A DNA stretch of 60,655 bases from an uncultured Thermotogae bacterium (GCA_964530075.1 CAZGXU010000006.1:1-60655), one strand, 5' to 3'; positions 1 through 10,335 are shown, numbered from the stretch's first letter. A program made the numbers and translations. Notes: generated by a model not told the origin, from the sequence alone.

Positions 1-4
1 CGAG

Positions 5-554
5 GTGGCTCAATTCCTGGCCGTCGAATGGCTCACTTCCTCAGCGTCGCGAACAGTACACGTTACTCGACTTCACGTCCTACAACGAGCCAAGGATCTG
101 GGCAATGTGAGTGCCGCCTGCCGTGAGGCAGGGATCTTGCGGTCGCTCTGCTACCGGTGGAAGAAGCGCTTCGAGCTGTACGGAGTGGATGGACTGCATC
201 CGCGCAGAACAGCTAGACGCCCGGGGCGCCGTCCGCGCAGCTGGACACGATGAAGGAGCGCAGGATCGTCGCCATGGCGCTGTCGTGGCCTACCTGGGAC
301 CGAAGCGTCTATGCGTTCAGCTGGAAAGGGAAGGCGTGGTTGTCTCGTCGAGCACGGCGTGGAGGGTACTACACCGACTGGGATTGGGAACACGAGCTGA
401 CCGTCTGCTCGTTCTGGAGACCCACAGCGCCAACCGTGCAGGGCTTCTCACCGAGCGAACACGACGGAATCTCTCACGCCGCAAGGTCTGTCACGTACAG
501 GCAGACAGACCTGGAGATCTCATCTGCATCGACACGTTCTACCTCGTTATATGA
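5..554 (+). pseudogene. IS481-family transposase remnant, frameshifted and 3'-truncated
   Basis: Joining three frames (5..253, the 250 frame, 111..554) gives an HTH (GNVSAACREAG..YRWKKRF..YGVDGL), then MALSWPTW/GPKRL..., then RPGDLICIDTFY. Frameshifts lie near 237 and 297, and the frame stops just after the first catalytic Asp. Confidence 0.8.
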
Positions 555-564
555 GAACTCGCCG

Positions 565-1437
565 CTAGTCCGCGAAGGCCCCAGCCATCAGGGCGCCGAT
601 CTCGGCCGGGCTCTCCGCGACGCGGACCCCCGCCTGTCGAAGGGTGGAGATCTTGGCTTCGGCGGTTCCCGATCCGCCGGTGATGATCGCCCCGGCGTGC
701 CCCATCCGCCGCCCGGAGGGCGCGGTCCGTCCGGCGACGAACGCGACGATCGGCTTGGTCACGCCTTCGGCGATCGCCGCGGCGGCCTCTTCCTCCGCCG
801 AGCCGCCGATCTCGCCGATCAGCGCGATCCCCTTCGTCTCCGGGTCGGCCTCGAACATCGGAATCAGCTCGGCGAACGAGAGGCCGACGATCGGATCGCC
901 CCCGATCCCGATGCACGTCGATTGCCCGATCCCGAGTCCGGTCAGCTGATGGACGACCTCGTAGGTGAGGGTGCCGCTTCGGGAGACGATCCCGATCGGG
1001 CCCGGCTTGTGGATGTAGCCGGCCATCACGCCGATCTTGCACTTCCCGGGGCTGATCAGCCCCGGGGTGTTCGGGCCGACCAGCTTCGCGCCGCACAGAT
1101 CCAGGTAGCGACGGACCTCGATCATGTCGTGAACGGGAATCCCCTCCGTGAGGCAGACGATCAGCGCGATTCCCGCCTCGGCCGCCTCGAGGACGGCGTC
1201 GGCGGCGAACGCGGGCGGCACGAAGATGATCGACGCGTTCGCGCCAGCGGACTCGACGCCCTCGGACACGGTGTCGAAGACGGGGACGCCCTCGACGTCC
1301 TGCCCGCCCTTCCCCGGGGTCACGCCGGCGACGATTCTCGTCCCGTATTCGAGCATCCGGCCGGTGTGGAATCGGCCTTCGTTCCCGGTGATCCCCTGGA
1401 CGAGAACGCGGGTCGAATCGTCGATCAGAATGCTCAC
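565..1437 (-). CDS. sucD: succinyl-CoA synthetase alpha subunit
   Basis: [37 protein letters not shown] (phospho-His). Confidence 0.97.
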   Translation of the reverse strand: MSILIDDSTRVLVQGITGNEGRFHTGRMLEYGTRIVAGVTPGKGGQDVEGVPVFDTVSEGVESAGANASIIFVPPAFAADAVLEAAEAGIALIVCLTEGIPVHDMIEVRRYLDLCGAKLVGPNTPGLISPGKCKIGVMAGYIHKPGPIGIVSRSGTLTYEVVHQLTGLGIGQSTCIGIGGDPIVGLSFAELIPMFEADPETKGIALIGEIGGSAEEEAAAAIAEGVTKPIVAFVAGRTAPSGRRMGHAGAIITGGSGTAEAKISTLRQAGVRVAESPAEIGALMAGAFAD

Positions 1438-2600
1438 GATCCCTCCTTCACCGCGGCGGCGACCATCGACGCCGCCTCCCTCAGGTCCGAGGCGGTGCGG
1501 AACGCCAGACCGGAGGCCCCCAGGATCGCGCGTCCAGCCTCGACGTTCGTCCCCTCAAGGCGGACGATGACCGGGACATCGACGTCGACAGCCTCGGCTG
1601 CGGCGACGACCCCCTCGGCGAGGACGTCGCAACGGAGGATACCGCCGAAGATGTTGATGAAGACGGCCTCGACGTCCGGGTCGGCGATCAGGATCCGGAA
1701 TCCCTTGTCGATCATCTCGGCCGTCGCGCCGCCGCCCACGTCGAGGAAGTTCGCCGGGCGGGCGCCGGCATGCTGGATCAGGTCCATCGTCGCCATCGCG
1801 AGTCCGGCGCCGTTCACCAGACAGCCGACGTTCCCGTCGAGCTTGATGTAGTTCAGGTCGACCGACGTCGCTTCGACCTCCAGGGGGTCCTCCTCGTTCA
1901 GGTCGCGCAGTTCGCGGATCTCGGGATGGCGGAACAGGGCGTTGTCGTCGAAGGTCAGCTTGGCGTCGACGGCGATCGGCTCGCCGTCTTCGGTCAACCC
2001 GAGCGGGTTGATTTCGGCCAGGGAGCAGTCCGCTTCGCGGAACAGCCGGCAGAGGGAGACGACGACCTTCGCGACGCCGCGCGCCGGCGGACCGGAGAGG
2101 CCGAGCCGATGCGCCAGGCGGAACGCCTGGAACGGCCGGAGGCCGATCATCGGGTCGACCCACTCCTTGAAGATCGCGTCCGGGTTCCGGCGGGCCGTCT
2201 CCTCGATGTCGACGCCCCCCGCACGGCTCGCGATGGCGACGATCCGCCGCCGCGCGCGATCGACGATCACTCCGAGGTACAGCTCGCTCGCGGCCCGCAC
2301 CGCCTTCTCGACGAGCAGAGTTCGAACGACGCACCCCTCCGGGCCGGTCTGGTGCGTGACCAGCGGGGCCCCGAGGAGCCGCTCGGCCGCACGGCGAACC
2401 CCGTCGGTCGTCGTCGCAACGACGACCCCACCCGCCTTCCCCCGCCCGCCGGCGTGGATCTGCGCCTTGACGACGACGGGGAGCCCGATCTCCTCCGATG
2501 CGGCCACGGCCTCCTCGACGTCCGTCGCCGGACGGGAGGGAGCGATCGGGATCCCGTGTTCGGCGAAGAGCCGCTTGGCCTGGAATTCGTGAATCCGCAT
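1434..2600 (-). CDS. sucC: succinyl-CoA synthetase beta subunit
   Basis: Start trimmed to MRIHEFQAK. Motifs [41 protein letters not shown]. Overlaps sucD by 4 bp. Confidence 0.97.
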   Translation of the reverse strand: MRIHEFQAKRLFAEHGIPIAPSRPATDVEEAVAASEEIGLPVVVKAQIHAGGRGKAGGVVVATTTDGVRRAAERLLGAPLVTHQTGPEGCVVRTLLVEKAVRAASELYLGVIVDRARRRIVAIASRAGGVDIEETARRNPDAIFKEWVDPMIGLRPFQAFRLAHRLGLSGPPARGVAKVVVSLCRLFREADCSLAEINPLGLTEDGEPIAVDAKLTFDDNALFRHPEIRELRDLNEEDPLEVEATSVDLNYIKLDGNVGCLVNGAGLAMATMDLIQHAGARPANFLDVGGGATAEMIDKGFRILIADPDVEAVFINIFGGILRCDVLAEGVVAAAEAVDVDVPVIVRLEGTNVEAGRAILGASGLAFRTASDLREAASMVAAAVKEGS

Positions 2601-2634
2601 CGAGGCACCCCCTTTGTGCGCCGCCCGCGGCCGA

Positions 2635-2663
2635 ACAGTATGCGAACCCAGACGGCGGTTCAA
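2635..2663 (-). promoter_or_regulatory. sigma70-type promoter for sucCD
   Basis: Minus strand TTGAAC-N17-TACTGT, about 35 bp upstream of the sucC ATG. Confidence 0.5.
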
Positions 2664-2745
2664 GCTCGATCGCGCGTTCGCTCGCGGGGACGCGCCGAAG
2701 GCCCCGAATTCCGGGGGGACGACGGAAAGTCCCAAGGGGATAGGA

Positions 2746-2774
2746 TTGACAACACCAGGCAGCTTGGGTAGTGT
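2746..2774 (+). promoter_or_regulatory. sigma70-type promoter for apgM
   Basis: TTGACA-N17-TAGTGT. Confidence 0.6.
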
Positions 2775-2807
2775 TCGGACGATCATCGGGAGGAGAACGG
2801 AGGACGG

Positions 2808-4058
2808 ATGAAAGCGATCTTGATCATCTCGGACGGGCTCGGCGGGAGGCCGACCGACGTCGACGGTCGAACGTGCTTGGAGGCGGCGAAGACCCCGCAT
2901 CTCGATTCGCTCGCGACGCGGGGCGCGCTCGGGTTGGTCGATCCGATCGGACCGGGCATCCGGCCGGGAAGCGACACGGCGCACCTTTCCTTGCTCGGCT
3001 ACGATCCGTTCACGCTCTACACCGGGCGCGGTGTGTTCGAGTGCCTCGGGATCGGCCTCGACGTCAGGACCGGCGACATCTGCTTCCGGGCGAACTTCGC
3101 CACCGTCGAAGCGCGTGGCACGGACTTCGTCGTCATCGACCGACGGGCCGGTCGGATCGAATCAGGGCAGGACGAGCTCGCCGGTGCGTTGAACGGAATC
3201 CGGTTGGAGACCGTACCGGGCGTTTCGCTCGAGTTCCGCGCGAGCACGCAGCACCGCGGCGCCCTCCTCTTCCGTGGGGAGGGCCTGTCGCGACACGTGA
3301 CGGAGAACGATCCGCACGAGGCGGGTAAGCCGGCGCTCCGGTTCGAGGCGCAGCCCGGCCACGAGGACGAGCCGGCGCGGCGGACGGCCGAGGCGCTGAA
3401 CGAGTTCGTGGCACGGAGCCACGAGGTCCTGCGGGATCACCCCGTGAACCGGCGACGCATCGAGGACGGCAAGCCGCCGGCCAACTTCGTGCTCGCCCGG
3501 GGCGCGGCCGACTGCCCGGACATCCCGTCGATCGAGTCGATCTACGGGGTCCGGGGAGCGGTGATCGCCGGAGGCGCCCTCTATCGGGGCGTCGCCCTCG
3601 CCTGCGGGATGACGGTGATTGACGTCCCCGGCGCGACCGGCGGGCTCGACACCGATCTCGGCGCGAAGGCGCAGGCCGCGATCGAGGCGCTCGACGAATT
3701 CGACTACGCCTTCGTCCACGTCAAGGGAACGGACAACGCGGGACACGATCGGAACGCAGCGGCGAAGGCGGGGTTCATCGAACGGATCGACGCGGAGCTG
3801 ATCGGACCGCTCGCCGAACGGCTCGATGGGGTCGCGACCCATCTCGCCTTCACCGGGGATCACACGACGCCGATCGACTACGGGGACCACACCGTCGAAC
3901 CGGTCCCCGTCCTCTACGCCGGGCCGAACGTGCGCACGGACGACACGACGTCTTTCGGGGAGCGGGAGGCCGGGCGCGGGGGGCTCGGGCGGTTCAGCGG
4001 GCGCGTTCTGCCGATCCTGCTCGGCTACAACAACTGGGCGCCGAAGTTCGGATCGTAG
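2808..4058 (+). CDS. apgM: 2,3-BPG-independent phosphoglycerate mutase, ApgM (archaeal-type)
   Basis: DGLGG, TPHLD, PGSDTAHLSLLGYDP, FRANF, DRRAGRI, HVKGTDNAGHD, TGDHTTP. Confidence 0.92.
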   Translation: MKAILIISDGLGGRPTDVDGRTCLEAAKTPHLDSLATRGALGLVDPIGPGIRPGSDTAHLSLLGYDPFTLYTGRGVFECLGIGLDVRTGDICFRANFATVEARGTDFVVIDRRAGRIESGQDELAGALNGIRLETVPGVSLEFRASTQHRGALLFRGEGLSRHVTENDPHEAGKPALRFEAQPGHEDEPARRTAEALNEFVARSHEVLRDHPVNRRRIEDGKPPANFVLARGAADCPDIPSIESIYGVRGAVIAGGALYRGVALACGMTVIDVPGATGGLDTDLGAKAQAAIEALDEFDYAFVHVKGTDNAGHDRNAAAKAGFIERIDAELIGPLAERLDGVATHLAFTGDHTTPIDYGDHTVEPVPVLYAGPNVRTDDTTSFGEREAGRGGLGRFSGRVLPILLGYNNWAPKFGS

Positions 4059-4065
4059 GGAGACG

Positions 4066-5337
4066 ATGAACCGGAGACGGCGTCGCGTGGCTCGACGCAA
4101 GTCGGCCTGGCTCCATCGCGTCGAGGCGTGGCTCTTCGGCTGGGCACTCCGGGACTCGCGCCGGCCGCTGTCGCGCGACCCTCACTTCTGGGTGGTCGTC
4201 GGCCTGTTCGGCGTGCTCATCGTCGTCTACTACGGCGAACAACTGAGGCTCGCCACCTACCTGCCCGGGCTTTCCGGATTCCTTACCACGGTGCACGACC
4301 TGCACCGCGCCCTGTTCTTCATACCGATCCTCTACGCCAGCCTTCTGTTGCGCCCGCTGGCGGGGCTGATCTCGTGCGCCGCGTCCCTCGTGATCATGCT
4401 TCCCCGCGCGATCTTCTTTTCGACGTTCCCGCATCCGGTCGTTCGCGTGATCGTGTTCGTCGTGCCGGCGGCGGTGACCAGCCTGTTCGTCTCCGCGATG
4501 CTCGACCAGATCAAACGAGGTCGCGCGGCACGGGCTCAGCTCGCCGATCTCCACGACGAACTCGCGGAGTCGCTGATCCGGTTGCAGGAGAGCGAGGAGC
4601 AGTTGATCCAGGCGGAGAAGCTCAGTTCTCTCGGTCAGATGGCGGCGTCGATCGCGCATGAGATCAACAACCCGCTCGCTGGTGTCCTCGTCTACACGCG
4701 GTTGATCGCCAGGAAGCTGGCGTCCGGCACGCTGTCCCGCGACGAGGCGTTGAGGGACCTCGAGAAGATGGCGAGAGAGATCGATCGCAGCTCGCGGATC
4801 ATCCGCAACCTGCTCGATTTCGCGCGGCCGTCCGAGCTCAGCCTCGGTGACGTGGACGTGAACCGGGTGATCGAGGACACGCTGGGATTGGTCGGCCATC
4901 GAGCAGCGCTCGGGCGGATCGAAGTGGTGAAGCAGCTGCAGCAAGACCTGCCGAAGGTCTACGCCGACCGCGATCAACTCCGGCAGGTGCTCGTCAATCT
5001 GACGTTGAACGCAATCCAGGCCACGCCACCCGGCGGGCGGATGACGCTGCGGACTCGGACGACGGAAGAGGGGACGCTGACGGTGGAGGTCGAGGACACG
5101 GGCCACGGGATCTCGGACGCGAATCGATCGAAGCTGTTCACCCCGTTCTTCACCACCAAGGAGAAGGGCGAAGGCGTCGGGCTCGGGCTCGCGGTGGCGA
5201 AGGGGATCATCGAGAAGCACGCCGGTATCATCTCGGTTCGCAGCGTCGAAGGTCAGGGAACGACGTTCTCCGTCTCTCTGCCGGTCCAAGTCCGTCCGAG
5301 CGGAGCGGCCGACGCCGAACCCGAGGCGCCGTTCTGA
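4066..5337 (+). CDS. membrane-bound sensor histidine kinase (NtrB-like transmitter)
   Basis: Several N-terminal TM segments, H-box IAHEINNPL, N-box NLTLNAIQA, DTGHGI, FTPFFTTK, GVGLGL. ATG is 7 bp after the apgM stop. Confidence 0.93.
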   Translation: MNRRRRRVARRKSAWLHRVEAWLFGWALRDSRRPLSRDPHFWVVVGLFGVLIVVYYGEQLRLATYLPGLSGFLTTVHDLHRALFFIPILYASLLLRPLAGLISCAASLVIMLPRAIFFSTFPHPVVRVIVFVVPAAVTSLFVSAMLDQIKRGRAARAQLADLHDELAESLIRLQESEEQLIQAEKLSSLGQMAASIAHEINNPLAGVLVYTRLIARKLASGTLSRDEALRDLEKMAREIDRSSRIIRNLLDFARPSELSLGDVDVNRVIEDTLGLVGHRAALGRIEVVKQLQQDLPKVYADRDQLRQVLVNLTLNAIQATPPGGRMTLRTRTTEEGTLTVEVEDTGHGISDANRSKLFTPFFTTKEKGEGVGLGLAVAKGIIEKHAGIISVRSVEGQGTTFSVSLPVQVRPSGAADAEPEAPF

Positions 5338-5378
5338 TCGATCGGCTTCCGATCCGTCGGCGGCCCACCGACGCTCTC

Positions 5379-6668
5379 CTACTTGATGAAGCGCACTTGC
5401 AGCAGGTGCGTCGAACAGGAGATGCACGGATCGTACGCCCGGACGAGCATCTCGAGTGTCCTCCGGATCTCGTCCTGAGGCCGGTCGAGGATCGCCGGGA
5501 CCAGCGCCTCCATGTCGTGCTGGATGTTGTTGTGGTTCTGATTCGTCGGGATGACGCAGTTCGCGTCGGTGAGGATTCCATCCTCGTCATACGAGTACTC
5601 ATGGAACAGGGTTCCGCGCGGTGCCTCGACCGCGCCGACGCCGCGCCCGGGCCGAATCTCGGTCACCTCGGGCTCCTCCTGAACGCCCGTCTCGAGGAGC
5701 CTGTCGATCAGCCGGATACTGTCCTCGGCCGCGTGCACCGCCTCGACGACCTGGGCGACCGTGATCTTGAACGGATTGTGACAAGGGGCCTTCAGCCCGA
5801 GTTCGACCGCCGCCTCTTGGGCGCGCGGAAGGAGCTGCTCGTGATTGAGATTGAACCGTGCGAGCGCGCCGACCTGGTACGCCTCCCGTTTGTTCCTGGT
5901 GTACTTCGCTGTCGAATGGGGAACGCAGAACTCGTTCGCTACCGAGCGGTACTCGTCGATCGGCACGATCCCGGCGTCGCTCGACGCGATGTCCCCGCTC
6001 GTGAACGCGTAGCCGTTCGGGTCCTTCAGCGCGACGTACTCGGTCTCGCGCTCGAAGTCGGGGACGGCGATCGTCTTGAACAGCTCGACCGTCGCATCGA
6101 AGTCATCGAGCGCGTCGCCGAGGGCGTCGCCGACCTCGGCGAGCTTCTCCAAGTCGGGGAGCTTGGCGAAGCCTCCGACGATGCAGGAGATCGGGTGGGT
6201 CTTCCGTCCTGCGAGCAGCTCGGCGATGCGGTACGCCAGCCGCTTCAGCGTCATCGCGCGGACGACGACCTCCTTGTGGGTGTCGATCAGCGAGATGACG
6301 CTGCCCACGCCGAAGAAGTCCGGCGCGGCGAGGCAGTAGGCATGCAGGACGTGGCTCTCCAGGATCTCGGCGTTGAACAGGAGCCTGCGCAGGAGACGTG
6401 TCTGCTCCGACACCGAAACGCCGAGCGCCGCCTCGGAGGCGTGCAGCGACGCGGTGGAGTGCGCGATCGAGCAGATGCCGCAGATCCGCGACGCGATGTG
6501 CTGGACGTCGCTGTAGTGGCGGCCGCGGAGCATCGCCTCGAACAGGCGAGGCGACTCCACGACCTCCCAGCGGACCTCCTCCAACCGGCCGTCGGTCGCG
6601 TTGACCAGGACGTTTCCGTGCCCCTCGACCCGGGTGACATGATGGACGTGGATGTCGAACGAGCTCAC
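5379..6668 (-). CDS. hydA: group 3b [NiFe] hydrogenase (sulfhydrogenase-type) large alpha subunit
   Basis: GTG start overlapping the delta stop. Motifs HVTRVEGHG, RICGICSIAH, EAPRG, DPCISCSTH plus a short C-terminal extension. Confidence 0.92.
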   Translation of the reverse strand: MSSFDIHVHHVTRVEGHGNVLVNATDGRLEEVRWEVVESPRLFEAMLRGRHYSDVQHIASRICGICSIAHSTASLHASEAALGVSVSEQTRLLRRLLFNAEILESHVLHAYCLAAPDFFGVGSVISLIDTHKEVVVRAMTLKRLAYRIAELLAGRKTHPISCIVGGFAKLPDLEKLAEVGDALGDALDDFDATVELFKTIAVPDFERETEYVALKDPNGYAFTSGDIASSDAGIVPIDEYRSVANEFCVPHSTAKYTRNKREAYQVGALARFNLNHEQLLPRAQEAAVELGLKAPCHNPFKITVAQVVEAVHAAEDSIRLIDRLLETGVQEEPEVTEIRPGRGVGAVEAPRGTLFHEYSYDEDGILTDANCVIPTNQNHNNIQHDMEALVPAILDRPQDEIRRTLEMLVRAYDPCISCSTHLLQVRFIK

Positions 6669-7405
6669 CGGGCCACCTCCGTGTACGTGTTGTAGATTTT
6701 GAACTTCTCGACCACCTGATCGACCGTGAGCCCATATTTCTCGAGCACGTCCTTCTGCGAATCGATGTTCGGGTCGTCGACCAGCCCGCGACAGCCCCAA
6801 CAATGGCGGCCGGCGGTGACGCAAATTGCGTTGCACCCGGCGCGGGTCACCGGACCGAGGCAGCTGCGGCCCAGTTCGAACACGCAGACGTTCCCCGCCA
6901 TCTTGCACTCGACGCAAACCGGGTAGTTCGGCAGCTCCGGCGTCTTGCCGAGCAACAGCTCCTTGACGATCCGCAGCAGTTCGGCGGTGTTGATCGGGCA
7001 GCCCGGCACGCAGTAATCGACCGGGATCACCGCGTGGATCGGGCGTGCGGGAATCGTGTCGTAATCCCCGGCATCGTCGCCGTAGACGATCTCCAACGCC
7101 TCGTCCATCGCGAGGTGATTCTTCAGGCAATTGACTCCGCCGATGTGAGCGCACGCGCCAAGCTCGATGACGATGTCGGCCCGCTCACGGATCTCTTTCA
7201 GCCGCGGGATCTCGGACTCACGGGAGATGCTCCCTTCGACGAACGCGATGTCGTAGCGATCGGCCCGACCGGTCAGCACTTCGCGAAACTCGACGATGTC
7301 GACGGCGCTGACCAGATCCACGAGATCCTGTCCCTCGATGTTGAGCGTATCGAGCTGGCAGCCTTCGCAGCAGGTGAAATCGAAGAACGCGACCTTCGGC
7401 TTCAT
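6665..7405 (-). CDS. hydD: group 3b [NiFe] hydrogenase small delta subunit
   Basis: TCCEGC, VEGS, LGACA, PGCP, VCVEC..C, CLGPVTRAGC, CWGCRG. Confidence 0.92.
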   Translation of the reverse strand: MKPKVAFFDFTCCEGCQLDTLNIEGQDLVDLVSAVDIVEFREVLTGRADRYDIAFVEGSISRESEIPRLKEIRERADIVIELGACAHIGGVNCLKNHLAMDEALEIVYGDDAGDYDTIPARPIHAVIPVDYCVPGCPINTAELLRIVKELLLGKTPELPNYPVCVECKMAGNVCVFELGRSCLGPVTRAGCNAICVTAGRHCWGCRGLVDDPNIDSQKDVLEKYGLTVDQVVEKFKIYNTYTEVAR

Positions 7406-9732
7406 TACACCGCCTCCCGCAGATTCCGAAGCTCGGCCAGGGTGAACACCGGCCCCTCCTCACAGACGTAGACGCCGTTGATCTGGCAGTGTCCGCACTT
7501 GCCGACGCCGCACTTCATCCGGCGCTCGAGCGACAGGATGATCTGTTCGTCGGCGAGCCCCTTCTTCTTCAGCTCACCGATGACGAAGCGATACATGATC
7601 GGCGGGCCGACGACGACCGACATCGTCCTGGCAGGGCTGATCTCGATTTCCGGGATCAGCGTCGTGATGACGCCGACGTGCCCCCCCCAGGTGTCGTTGC
7701 CGCGATCGACCGTCTCGTGGAATTCGATCCCGGCGTCCTGCTTCCAGGCCGCCAGCTCGGCTTGGAACACCCGCTCCTCCGGCGAGCGGGCGCCGTAGAG
7801 GATGATGAGGCGGCCGAACGCGTCCCGCCGATCGATGGCGTATTCGATCAGCGAGCGAAGCGGGAACAGGCCGATCCCCCCGGCGATCAGCAGGAGATCC
7901 TTCCACTCGAGCGCCTCGATCGGGAAGCCGTTCCCGAACGGTCCGCGGATCCCGACGGTCGCGCCTTCCACGAGGTCGTGCAGCGCGCGGGTGACGTTCC
8001 CGACGTTCCGCACGGCCAGCTGGAACGTGGCGCCCCGCGTCGGGGAAGACGAGATCGAGATCGGCGCCTCCCCGACGCCGAGGACCGAGATCTCGACGAA
8101 CTGGCCGGGGGTGTGGACCAGCGCGGCTCCGTCCTCGAACGCGAACTCGAACGCCTTTTCGTTCGCGGCGAGGTCCTCGACACGGAGCAGCTTCGCCCAC
8201 TTCGGCGCGTAGAGGCCGAAGTCGGGCGTGATCTCGCCGATCAGTCGGCGCGCCGTCTTGATCTTCGCCTTCTCCGCGATCGCGTTGAACGCCTCGGCCG
8301 GGCTGGCGATGTCGGCGAGGCAGGCCGTGGTGCAGCGACCGCAACCGACACAACCGACGATCCCGTATCGCTCGAGCACGTACTTCCCCTTCCGGAAGAT
8401 CCGGTGTCGGAAGCGGCTCGCCTTGTCGTGGCGGAAGTTCTCGCCGCCTGCGACCTTGGCGAAGTCGGTCAGCATGCAGCCGTCCCACTGACGGATCCGT
8501 TCGCCGGTCTTCAGGTCGAGCGACACTTCGTCCACGACGTCGAAGCAGAAACAGGTCGGGCAGACCATGATGCAGGAGCCGCAGCTGAAGCAGGTCGCGC
8601 TCCGCTCCTGCCAGTACTCGTCGTCGTAGTGGTCCTCGAGCAGTTTCGGGAGTCGCTCCCGGGCGACGTTGAGGGAGACCCGGTATTCGGCCCGCGCGGC
8701 GTCGAGGAGCGCCTTCTGGATTCCGATCTCCTCGTCCGACGGTACCCTGGCCTCGGCGTACTCCTCGAGGAGGGACGCGCCCCGCTGGGAGCCGACGCGG
8801 ACCATGAACCGGCCGCCGATGTCGGTGAGAAGGAGGTCGAACCCGCTGTCGGTCCGATCCGTGCCCATGCTGGGGGCGAACGCGTTCGGAGACGGGCGGA
8901 GACAGTCGACGCCGACGATCACCGTGTTCTGCCGGCGGGAGATGTAGTTCGGATCGGGGTGCTTCGTCATGAACACCTCGTCAAGGAGCTCGATTGCCGT
9001 GATGTCGTACGGATGCACGCCGAACAGCACCTGCGGCGCCGCGTCGACCGTCGGCTCGGCCGCGGGAGGCTCGCCGAGTTTCAGCCTCAACATCGCCTCG
9101 CGCGTAGGGAACAGGCAACGGGTCGGCGGATGAACGGTGACGTCGTAGTCGAGGCACACGTCGTCGAACCGCTTCACCCGGTCGAACACGTAGTGCTCCT
9201 GCCTCTCCACGACGCCGATCATCCGCATCGAGGCGGCGAGGCCGTCGAACAGCCGGCGAAGGTCGTCGCGATCGACGACGAACGACGCCTTCACCCCGAT
9301 GGCCTCCACGACCGGGGGGGCCGGAGTCGGCGCCTTGGCCTCGGCGATCACCGTCGCCTCAGGGGGGATCGACGCCAGCGTGTCGTCGATCAAGCGCTCC
9401 AGGCTGTCCGGGGCGAACGGCTTGATCACGTAATCGACCGCGCCGAGTCGCCTGGCTTCCTGTGCGGTCTCCGCCGACGGATACGCCGTGATCACGATCG
9501 TGCGGATCCACGGGCGTTCCGATTTCACCGCCTCCAATACCTTGATCCCCGCGCTGCCCGGGAGTCGAAGATCGACCACCAATACGCTGAAATCCCGGGT
9601 CGCCACCAGTTCCAGAGCTTCTTCGCCCGTCTCCGCTGTGGCGACCTGATACCCTGCTTCGGTGAGCCAGTCCCGGATCGATTCGCGCACAATCGGCTCG
9701 TCATCGACGACCAGAACCGAGTGCTCTCGCAT
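7405..9732 (-). CDS. fusion protein: receiver domain + sulfhydrogenase beta (4Fe-4S) + gamma (FAD/NAD(P), 2Fe-2S), 775 aa
   Basis: Start MREHSVLVVDDE. REC: DLRLPG, ITAY, KP. Beta: CFSCGSCIMVCPTCFCF, CVGCGRCTTAC. Gamma: PGQF, GPFGNGF, GGIG, MKCGVGKCGHC. All in one frame. Confidence 0.9.
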   Translation of the reverse strand: MREHSVLVVDDEPIVRESIRDWLTEAGYQVATAETGEEALELVATRDFSVLVVDLRLPGSAGIKVLEAVKSERPWIRTIVITAYPSAETAQEARRLGAVDYVIKPFAPDSLERLIDDTLASIPPEATVIAEAKAPTPAPPVVEAIGVKASFVVDRDDLRRLFDGLAASMRMIGVVERQEHYVFDRVKRFDDVCLDYDVTVHPPTRCLFPTREAMLRLKLGEPPAAEPTVDAAPQVLFGVHPYDITAIELLDEVFMTKHPDPNYISRRQNTVIVGVDCLRPSPNAFAPSMGTDRTDSGFDLLLTDIGGRFMVRVGSQRGASLLEEYAEARVPSDEEIGIQKALLDAARAEYRVSLNVARERLPKLLEDHYDDEYWQERSATCFSCGSCIMVCPTCFCFDVVDEVSLDLKTGERIRQWDGCMLTDFAKVAGGENFRHDKASRFRHRIFRKGKYVLERYGIVGCVGCGRCTTACLADIASPAEAFNAIAEKAKIKTARRLIGEITPDFGLYAPKWAKLLRVEDLAANEKAFEFAFEDGAALVHTPGQFVEISVLGVGEAPISISSSPTRGATFQLAVRNVGNVTRALHDLVEGATVGIRGPFGNGFPIEALEWKDLLLIAGGIGLFPLRSLIEYAIDRRDAFGRLIILYGARSPEERVFQAELAAWKQDAGIEFHETVDRGNDTWGGHVGVITTLIPEIEISPARTMSVVVGPPIMYRFVIGELKKKGLADEQIILSLERRMKCGVGKCGHCQINGVYVCEEGPVFTLAELRNLREAV

Positions 9733-9758
9733 CGCAACGGCCTCCTTCACGCGCGGTC

Positions 9759-10124
9759 CTATTCGGAGAGCGCCGCTCGAATCCGCCCTTCCAGTTGATC
9801 CGGAGCGATCGGCTTCGATAGGTAATCGATCGCTCCCAGCTTCATCGCCTCCGTCCGTAGCTCCGGTGAAGCGTACGCGGTGATGATGATCGCCTTGATC
9901 CCCGGCTTCGTTTCCTTCATCTCTTGCAGGGAGCGGATCCCGGTCTTTCCAGGAAGTCGGACGTCCAGGATCACGAGGTCGAAGTCCTGTCGCGCCACGA
10001 TCTCCAACGCTTCCTCTCCCGTCCTCGCGGTCGTGACGCCGTATCCGGCATCGACCAGCCAATCGTGAATCGCCTCTCTCACGATCGGCTCATCGTCGAC
10101 GATCAGAATCCGTGCGTTCGTCAT
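9759..10124 (-). CDS. single-domain response regulator
   Basis: ILIVDDE, DVRLPG, ITAY, KP; 121 aa with no output domain. Confidence 0.93.
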   Translation of the reverse strand: MTNARILIVDDEPIVREAIHDWLVDAGYGVTTARTGEEALEIVARQDFDLVILDVRLPGKTGIRSLQEMKETKPGIKAIIITAYASPELRTEAMKLGAIDYLSKPIAPDQLEGRIRAALSE

Positions 10125-10305
10125 GTCCCCACACGTCCTTTCGGCGGCCTTCGACCCCCGGTGTCGTCCCTCGAACCCGATCCCGGGGCAAAGGCCGTCG
10201 CGTCATGAGGAGGCCCCTCCCGTCAATCCGGGCGGCTCCGCTCCCCTGCCACGTATCGCGAATCCGCGTCCCATCCCCCCTCGCAAGCGGTTCGGGAATC
10301 GCGGG

Positions 10306-10335
10306 ATCATACTCACGCCTCGGAGTCGCTTTCAA
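10306..10335 (-). promoter_or_regulatory. sigma70-type promoter for the REC-hyd operon
   Basis: Minus strand TTGAAA-N18-TATGAT. Confidence 0.55.

Noticed and set aside
5-554. Programmed frameshifting in the transposase
   Set aside because: There are two separate shifts with no slippery run, and the DDE domain is truncated, so decay is the simpler explanation.
9733-10062. 885-aa version of the REC-hydrogenase fusion
   Set aside because: The extension overlaps the stand-alone receiver gene in another frame; the ATG at 9732 has its own AAGGAGG RBS.
10125-10300. Long leader of the hydrogenase operon as a riboswitch
   Set aside because: GC-rich, with no aptamer motif or terminator that I can recognise.
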